Shown piece by piece: positions 57,603-64,000 of a DNA stretch of 64,000 nt. Source of the DNA: Marinicella sp. (lineage in GTDB: Bacteria > Pseudomonadota > Gammaproteobacteria > Xanthomonadales > Marinicellaceae); contig OZ246001.1 of the NCBI GenBank assembly GCA_965230295.1, forward strand, positions 1,504,001 to 1,568,000. The letters are read 5' to 3'. Both the position numbers and the translations under genes were made by a program. The notes beneath the pieces were generated by a model that was not told where the DNA came from, ran no database searches, and worked only from the letters and a program-made list of their open reading frames with translations. The first letter of the stretch is position 1, and each line of letters opens with the position of its first letter.

Positions 57603-59345
57603 TCACTTCTTCTTGGGCATATATAAATCAGTGATGGTACCCTCAAAAGCTTCGGCAGCCATGGCCACCGATTCTGCCAAGGTTGGATGTGGGTGGATGG
57701 TGAGCCCAATGTCGGCTGCCTCACAACCCATTTCAATGGCCAAACACAATTCACTGATCAACTCGCCGGCATTGGTACCGACAATTCCAGCACCCAAAAT
57801 GCGGTCAGTCTCTGGGTCAAACAACAATTTAGTGAAACCTTCAGTGCGGTCATTACCGATGGCTCGACCCGATGCGGCCCAAGGGAATTTACCCACTTCA
57901 TAAGTGATGCCCTGTTCTTTGGCGTCGATCTCTGTCAACCCCACCCAAGCCACTTCTGGATCGGTGTAGGCCACTGACGGGATCACCAAAGCATCAAAGA
58001 ATACTTTTTCACCATGGGCCACTTCTGCAGCCACTTTGGCTTCGTGGGTGGCTTTGTGGGCCAACATCGGCTGTCCCACGATGTCACCGATGGCAAAAAT
58101 GTGCGGCACATTGGTGCGCATTTGTTTGTCCACCGGAATGAAACCTCGGTCAGTGACTTCAACACCGGCGTGCTCGGCATCGAGCAAACCACCATTGGGT
58201 ACCCTGCCAACGGCCACCAACACGCGATCGTAAGTGACTTTATCACTGCCATCAAACTCGACTTCAAGCCCACCTTTGCCAGCCACACAGGCAGTGACTT
58301 TCGATTTAAGTTTGATTTCTTTGTATTGCTTTTTGATGTGTTGCATCAATGGTCTGACCAGGTCTTTATCAGCACCCGGGATGATTTGGTCCATCATTTC
58401 AACGATGGTGATTTCAGTGCCCAGTGCAGAGTAGACCGCTGCCATTTCCAAGCCAATGATGCCGCCACCAATGATTAACATAGAACCTGGGATTTCTTTC
58501 ATTTCAAGGGCATCGGTTGAATCCATCAACCGCTCATCTTCCCATGGCATGCCAGGCAGCTTGAACACCTGAGATCCGGCGGCAATGATGCAGTATTTAA
58601 AACTCAGTTTTTCACCACCAATAGAGACCGTGTGGGCATCAACAAATTTGGCTTCACCGGTCTTGCGACTGACTTTGCGTTGTTTGGACATTTGACCCAA
58701 ACCACCGGTCAGTTTCTTGACCACTGAATTTTTGAAACCCAATAATTGTTCTCGATCTATCTCAGGTTTTCCAAATGTGACGCCATGAGAGGCCATTTGT
58801 TCGGTTTCTCGGATGATGGCCGCGGTGTGCAACAAGGCTTTGGATGGGATACAACCCACATTCAAGCACACGCCACCCAAGGTTTCATACCGTTCTACCA
58901 AAGTCACATCCATGCCCAAATCAGCAGCACGGAAGGCTGCGGTATAACCACCTGGTCCGGCCCCTATGACCAACATTTCGGTGTCATATGCTGTGTCCAC
59001 CACTTCATCATGACTGGCTGCTGGCGCGGTATCGGTAACACTGGCTGCGGGCACTGTTTCTTCGACGGGTTCTTCCTTGGCAGGTTCGTCTGCAGCAGCT
59101 GCTTCATCGGCTTCGATGGTGCCAATGACCTGGCCAATGGACACTTCTTCACCTTCTTTGATGGACAATGACTTGATCACGCCTGAAAAAGGGCTGGGAA
59201 TTTCCATGGTGGCTTTTTCACTTTCTAGTGTGATTAAAGACTGGTCTTTTTCAACCGTGTCACCAACAGCCACCAACACTTCGATCACAGGTACGTTATC
59301 GAAGTCGCCGATGTCTGGAATTTTGATGTCTGATATTTGGCTCAT
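57603..59345 (-). CDS. lpdA: Dihydrolipoamide dehydrogenase with N-terminal lipoyl domain
   Basis: ESEKATME lipoyl domain; GAGPGG, GGVCLNVGCIPSK and HPHPTLAE. Confidence 0.96.
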   Translation of the reverse strand: MSQISDIKIPDIGDFDNVPVIEVLVAVGDTVEKDQSLITLESEKATMEIPSPFSGVIKSLSIKEGEEVSIGQVIGTIEADEAAAADEPAKEEPVEETVPAASVTDTAPAASHDEVVDTAYDTEMLVIGAGPGGYTAAFRAADLGMDVTLVERYETLGGVCLNVGCIPSKALLHTAAIIRETEQMASHGVTFGKPEIDREQLLGFKNSVVKKLTGGLGQMSKQRKVSRKTGEAKFVDAHTVSIGGEKLSFKYCIIAAGSQVFKLPGMPWEDERLMDSTDALEMKEIPGSMLIIGGGIIGLEMAAVYSALGTEITIVEMMDQIIPGADKDLVRPLMQHIKKQYKEIKLKSKVTACVAGKGGLEVEFDGSDKVTYDRVLVAVGRVPNGGLLDAEHAGVEVTDRGFIPVDKQMRTNVPHIFAIGDIVGQPMLAHKATHEAKVAAEVAHGEKVFFDALVIPSVAYTDPEVAWVGLTEIDAKEQGITYEVGKFPWAASGRAIGNDRTEGFTKLLFDPETDRILGAGIVGTNAGELISELCLAIEMGCEAADIGLTIHPHPTLAESVAMAAEAFEGTITDLYMPKKK

Positions 59346-59363
59346 AATGTTTTCTGATTGTAT

Positions 59364-60041
59364 TTAGGAGGCATCCCACAACGGGACACCCAAATTTAAA
59401 GCAAGGGTTTCTGCATCTTCGATGACGGCTTGGTGTTTGCCATGGTCGATGACGTTGATTCTGCTGGCATCGTTCAGTACCAGGTTGATTTCGTAACTGT
59501 GGTAGGAACCGTTCTTACTGCTGATGCGTTCCCTGATGACTTGAACAGCCTTGATGTCACTGATGTGCGTCATGGCATGCTTGTCTGTGCCTGCGTTGCC
59601 CAAACTGAAGGTGTGTTCCGGCCTTTTGCGGGCTCGATAATAACAGCCATAAAAGGTGTCAAACACCCTGGGAATGGTCACGAAATAATACATCAATAAC
59701 CCCACTGCCAGAAAAATGCCGCCGAATAATACCGCGAACAGGAAAATCACCCATTCATCAGGCTGAATGAACAAAAACACTGCCAACGGGATGGCAAATC
59801 CCAACAACCCGATAAAGACAAAAACACCACAAAGTAACAAGGTGCCCTTGGTGGCTCTGAATACCAACAGGTCCGGGTTGCTGCTGTCCAGGCGATGGGT
59901 TTGAAAATTGCTGCCGCCACCTTTCATGGGATGCCAATCGACTTCTGCTGCCAGTGGGTGGTTGAACTGAGTTACATCAACCGAGCGTGCACCACGTTTG
60001 GATGCTTCTTCAATTAATTTTTTCAGTTTTTCCAACATCAA
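59364..60041 (-). CDS. 2-TM hypothetical protein inside the PDH operon
   Basis: 225-aa ORF between aceF and lpdA with 14- and 18-bp gaps. Confidence 0.7.
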   Translation of the reverse strand: MMLEKLKKLIEEASKRGARSVDVTQFNHPLAAEVDWHPMKGGGSNFQTHRLDSSNPDLLVFRATKGTLLLCGVFVFIGLLGFAIPLAVFLFIQPDEWVIFLFAVLFGGIFLAVGLLMYYFVTIPRVFDTFYGCYYRARKRPEHTFSLGNAGTDKHAMTHISDIKAVQVIRERISSKNGSYHSYEINLVLNDASRINVIDHGKHQAVIEDAETLALNLGVPLWDAS

Positions 60042-60055
60042 TCAACTCAATTCAT

Positions 60056-61357
60056 CTACAGCAGCATCTTCTTCATGTCTGACAAGATACTTGATAAATA
60101 AACAATGAAACGTGCTGCATCAGCACCATCAATCACCCGATGGTCATAGCTCAATGACAAAGGTAACATCAAACGGGGCTCAAATTCACTGCCATTCCAA
60201 ACGGGTTTCAGAGAAGACCTGGAGACACCCAGTATGGCCACTTCTGGAGCATTGATGATGGGCGTAAAAGCAGTCCCACCGATACCGCCTAATGAAGAAA
60301 TGGAGATGCACCCACCTTGCATGTCGCTGGGGGCTAATTTGCCTTCTCTGGCTTTGATTGAAATATCACGCATTTCTTTGGCTATTTCAAACACCTCTTT
60401 TTTGTCACAGTCACGGATCACCGGAACCACCAAGCCGTTTGGCGTGTCTACAGCAATGCCAATGTGATAATATTTTTTGAAAATCAGGTTCTCACCATCA
60501 ACATCCAATGACGTGTTGAATTTGGGGAATTTTTTCAGTGCTTTGGCCATGGCTTTCACCATGAACGCCAATGGCGTCAGGTTGAAGCCTTGCTCTTTGG
60601 CATCGGCCTTGTTTTCTTGACGGAAAGCTTCTAACTCTGTGATGTCCGCTTCGTCGTATTGTGTGACATGCGGAATTCTGACCCAGTTGCGGTGGAGGTA
60701 CTTGCCGGAAATCTTTTGAATCCGACTCAATGGCTGGCTGTCGACATCGCCAAACTCAGTGAAGTCCACTGCTGGAAAGGGTGGCACATCAAAATTGGAA
60801 GTGACCACGGTTTGACCACCTGATTGCATCGCTGTTTTGACGTGTTGTTTGACATCTTCCCGGGTGATTCGACCTTTGCGTCCAGTACCAGTCACTGCAC
60901 TGATTTCAACCCCCAATTCTCTGGCAAACTTTCGTACTGCCGGTGATGCATGGGCCAACTTACCACTGGCTTTTTTGGGAATTTCAACCGGAACTGGCGG
61001 CGGCTTAGGTGCGGCTTTCGGTGGCGCTTCAGCCTGAGGCGGTGGCGTTGGTTCAGCCGGTTTTTGTGGTTCGGGATCGGCCGGTTTTTCAGCCTTTATC
61101 TCTGGCGCAGCAGAGCCCGTCACTTTGAGTTGGATCATCGGACTGCCCTCTGACACCAAGTCACCTTCTTTAACCAACAGGGCTTCAATGACTCCGGCTT
61201 CTGGGGTCGGCACTTCGATGGTGGCTTTTTCTGATTCCAGTGAAATGATGGCGTCTTCTGCCGCCACTTCATCGCCCACCTGGACCAAAACTTCAATCAC
61301 TTCAACTTCATTGAAATCGCCAATGTCTGGTATATTTATTTGTTTGCTATCACTCAC
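60056..61357 (-). CDS. aceF: Pyruvate dehydrogenase E2 (single lipoyl domain)
   Basis: ESEKAT, HASPAVRKFARELG and DHRVIDGA. Confidence 0.96.
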   Translation of the reverse strand: MSDSKQINIPDIGDFNEVEVIEVLVQVGDEVAAEDAIISLESEKATIEVPTPEAGVIEALLVKEGDLVSEGSPMIQLKVTGSAAPEIKAEKPADPEPQKPAEPTPPPQAEAPPKAAPKPPPVPVEIPKKASGKLAHASPAVRKFARELGVEISAVTGTGRKGRITREDVKQHVKTAMQSGGQTVVTSNFDVPPFPAVDFTEFGDVDSQPLSRIQKISGKYLHRNWVRIPHVTQYDEADITELEAFRQENKADAKEQGFNLTPLAFMVKAMAKALKKFPKFNTSLDVDGENLIFKKYYHIGIAVDTPNGLVVPVIRDCDKKEVFEIAKEMRDISIKAREGKLAPSDMQGGCISISSLGGIGGTAFTPIINAPEVAILGVSRSSLKPVWNGSEFEPRLMLPLSLSYDHRVIDGADAARFIVYLSSILSDMKKMLL

Positions 61358-61367
61358 AATTCATTCC

Positions 61368-64000
61368 TCATTTGGTCCTGGGGTCAGCCGCGCTGGCATC
61401 AATTGCATAGGCTTTTTTGGCTTTCGCCAGTGCTGTCTTCGGTAAGTCGCCAGCGGCCACCAATTCGACCACTGTGGTGAAGGCGATGTGGTTGCGGTCC
61501 ACTTCGAAAAAGCTGCGCAACTGCTCTCTGGTGTCGCTGCGTCCAAAGCCATCGGTGCCTAAGGTGGTGTAATTGGCCGTTACCCATGGCCTGATTTGTT
61601 CAGCAAAATCCATGGTGTAATCGGTGGCTGCAATCACCGGACCTGGCTGCTTCGACAAACACTGTTCCACATAACTGGTTTTGGCCTTTTTGTCCGGGTT
61701 CAAGCGGTTGTAACGACTCACTGATTGGGCTTCTCGTTTCAACTCGGTCAATGAGGTTGCACTCCAAATGTCGCAACTGACTTTGAAGTCCTTGGCCAAC
61801 ATTTCAGCTGCTGCTTCCACTTCTCGCAAGATGGTTCCCGAGCCAATCAGTTGGGCTTTAACCGTCTTGTTGTTTTTCCCTGGTTTACCACCGGTTTTCA
61901 ATTGATACATGCCTTTGATGATACCTGTTTCTTGTCCTTTCACCATTTCAGGGTGTGGATAATTTTCATTCATCAAGGTGATGTAAAAATAAATATCTTC
62001 ATTGTTGGCATACATCCGCTCTAAACCGTTTTGAATGATCACCGCCACTTCATGGGCATATGTGGGATCGTACGACACACAATTGGGAACAGTCGAAGAG
62101 ATCAGGTGTGAATGGCCATCCTGGTGCTGCAAACCTTCACCGTTCAAGGTGGTGCGGCCTGCTGTGCCACCCAACAAGAAACCTTTGGCACGCATGTCAC
62201 CGGCTGCCCAACACAGGTCTCCAATGCGTTGGTGTCCAAACATTGAATAGTAAATATAAAATGGAATCATCGGGATGTTGTAGTTGGCATACGAAGTGGC
62301 CGCAGCAATCCATGATGACATGGCGCCTGCTTCGGTGATGCCCTCCTGAAGTATCTGACCATCAGCCGACTCTTTATAAAACATCAACTGATCCGAATCC
62401 TCAGGTTCATACTGTTGGCCTTGGTGGGAATATATGCCCAATTGACGGAACATGCCCTCCATACCAAATGTACGGCCCTCATCACACAAAATCGGTACAA
62501 TGCGCTGTTTGATTTCTTTGTCTCTGAGTAACAGCGCCAAAGATCTGACAAACGCCATGGTGGTGGAGATTTCTCTCTCACCGGTGCCTTTGGTGATGCT
62601 GGCAAAAGCCGAAAGTTCGGGTGTTTTCAACGCCTGTGGTTGCACCACTCGACGCGGCAAATAACCACCCAACTCCTCGCGCCGTTGTTGCAAGTATTTG
62701 ATTTCTTCTGAATCATCTGCCGGCTTGTAGTAAGGCACTTCTTCCAGTTGTTCATCTTTGATGGGCACTCGGAATTTATCTCTGAAATGACGGATGGATT
62801 CGGTGTCCATTTTCTTCTGCTGGTGGGTGGTGTTGGCTGCTTGACCCGATTCACCCATGCCATAGCCTTTCACTGTTTTCGCCAGGATCACGGTCGGCAA
62901 GCCTTCTGTTTGGTTGGCTTCGGCATAAGCTGCAAACATCTTATGTGGATCATGACCGCCCCGATTTAATCGCCAGATGTCAGCATCGGTCATGTTGGAT
63001 ACCATTTCTTTCAATTCCGGGTATTTCCCAAAGAAATGTTCCCTGACATAAGCACCGTCTTTGGACTTGTAGTTTTGGTAATCACCATCAACGGCTTCTT
63101 CCATGCGCTTGCGCAACAAACCGTCTTTGTCTTTGGCCAACAGCTTGTCCCAGTAGGACCCCCAAATCACTTTGATCACGTTCCAGCCGGCACCACGGAA
63201 CACCCCTTCCAATTCCTGGATGATCTTGCCATTACCGCGAACCGGTCCATCCAGGCGTTGTAAGTTGCAGTTGATCACAAACACCAGGTTATCCAGTTTT
63301 TCACGGCCAGCCAGGGATATCGCTCCCAATGATTCTGGTTCATCCGTTTCGCCATCGCCTAAAAAGCAATAGACTTTTTTATCGGTTTTTTCAATCAAAC
63401 CGCGGTTTTGTAAATACTTCATGAAACGGGCTTGGTAGATCGCCTGAATCGGCCCTAAACCCATGGATACGGTGGCAAACTGCCAGAAATCCGGCATCAA
63501 CCAAGGGTGTGGGTAGGAGGGCAAACCTTCACCATCCACTTCTCGTCTGAAATTATCCAGCTGGTTTTCATTCAAACGGCCTTCTAAAAAAGCCCGTGCG
63601 TAAAAACCAGGAGCACAATGACCTTGTACGTACAGCAAGTCACCACCTGAAGGATGATCTGCGCCACGGAAGAAATGATTGAAGCCGACATCATAAATGG
63701 TTGCCGCAGAAGCAAACGATGCAATGTGCCCACCCAACGCACCTGGTCTGCGATTGGCCCTGACCACCATGGCCATGGCGTTCCAGCGAATGATGGCTCG
63801 GATGCGCCACTCCAAATCGTTGTTACCTGGTGACTTTTTCTCTTCACCCAAAGGGATGGTGTTCAGGTACGCTGTGGTTGCCTGATATGGCAGATGACCA
63901 CCAGAGCGGCGGTTCAGATCAATCAATTGTTCAATCAAAAAGTGGGCCCGTTCCGGACCTTCTTCATTGATCACTGCAGTCAGCGCGTCCAACCATTCTT
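61368..64000 (-). CDS. aceE: Pyruvate dehydrogenase E1; 5' end outside the window
   Basis: GGHIASFASAA, TVSMGLGP, GDGETDEPES and EGLQHQDGHS. Confidence 0.97.
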   Translation of the reverse strand, partial: EWLDALTAVINEEGPERAHFLIEQLIDLNRRSGGHLPYQATTAYLNTIPLGEEKKSPGNNDLEWRIRAIIRWNAMAMVVRANRRPGALGGHIASFASAATIYDVGFNHFFRGADHPSGGDLLYVQGHCAPGFYARAFLEGRLNENQLDNFRREVDGEGLPSYPHPWLMPDFWQFATVSMGLGPIQAIYQARFMKYLQNRGLIEKTDKKVYCFLGDGETDEPESLGAISLAGREKLDNLVFVINCNLQRLDGPVRGNGKIIQELEGVFRGAGWNVIKVIWGSYWDKLLAKDKDGLLRKRMEEAVDGDYQNYKSKDGAYVREHFFGKYPELKEMVSNMTDADIWRLNRGGHDPHKMFAAYAEANQTEGLPTVILAKTVKGYGMGESGQAANTTHQQKKMDTESIRHFRDKFRVPIKDEQLEEVPYYKPADDSEEIKYLQQRREELGGYLPRRVVQPQALKTPELSAFASITKGTGEREISTTMAFVRSLALLLRDKEIKQRIVPILCDEGRTFGMEGMFRQLGIYSHQGQQYEPEDSDQLMFYKESADGQILQEGITEAGAMSSWIAAATSYANYNIPMIPFYIYYSMFGHQRIGDLCWAAGDMRAKGFLLGGTAGRTTLNGEGLQHQDGHSHLISSTVPNCVSYDPTYAHEVAVIIQNGLERMYANNEDIYFYITLMNENYPHPEMVKGQETGIIKGMYQLKTGGKPGKNNKTVKAQLIGSGTILREVEAAAEMLAKDFKVSCDIWSATSLTELKREAQSVSRYNRLNPDKKAKTSYVEQCLSKQPGPVIAATDYTMDFAEQIRPWVTANYTTLGTDGFGRSDTREQLRSFFEVDRNHIAFTTVVELVAAGDLPKTALAKAKKAYAIDASAADPRTK

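Overview
This looks like a marine gammaproteobacterial chromosome segment; a Marinicella/Xanthomonadales-like origin is inferred from gene content and not verified. Core genes include bioHC, kynU-kmo, the aceE-aceF-lpdA operon, a BlaI/M56 pair, an ECF sigma/Ser-Thr kinase pair and several secreted proteins that share a D-x-(I/L)-(F/Y)-x-x-(G/D)-(F/Y)-(E/D/N) motif. A tRNA-Arg(UCG) gene at 37678-37754 anchors a ~17 kb AT-rich island with no integrase, bounded at 54628-54669 by a copy of the tRNA 3' end plus terminator. The island encodes a 2340-aa signal-peptide-bearing SpvB/FG-GAP/Rhs toxin with a candidate lipase-like C-terminus. Downstream is an array of likely immunity genes (four lipoproteins, two HEAT-repeat paralogs), several preceded by short remnants of their donor upstream genes, plus a Tox-REase-7-like tip and a KAP NTPase. 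Outside the island, three copies of an intergenic structured element (4488-4750, 21790-22051, 37432-37580) show compensatory base changes. All family calls come from motif recognition by eye; no searches were run.
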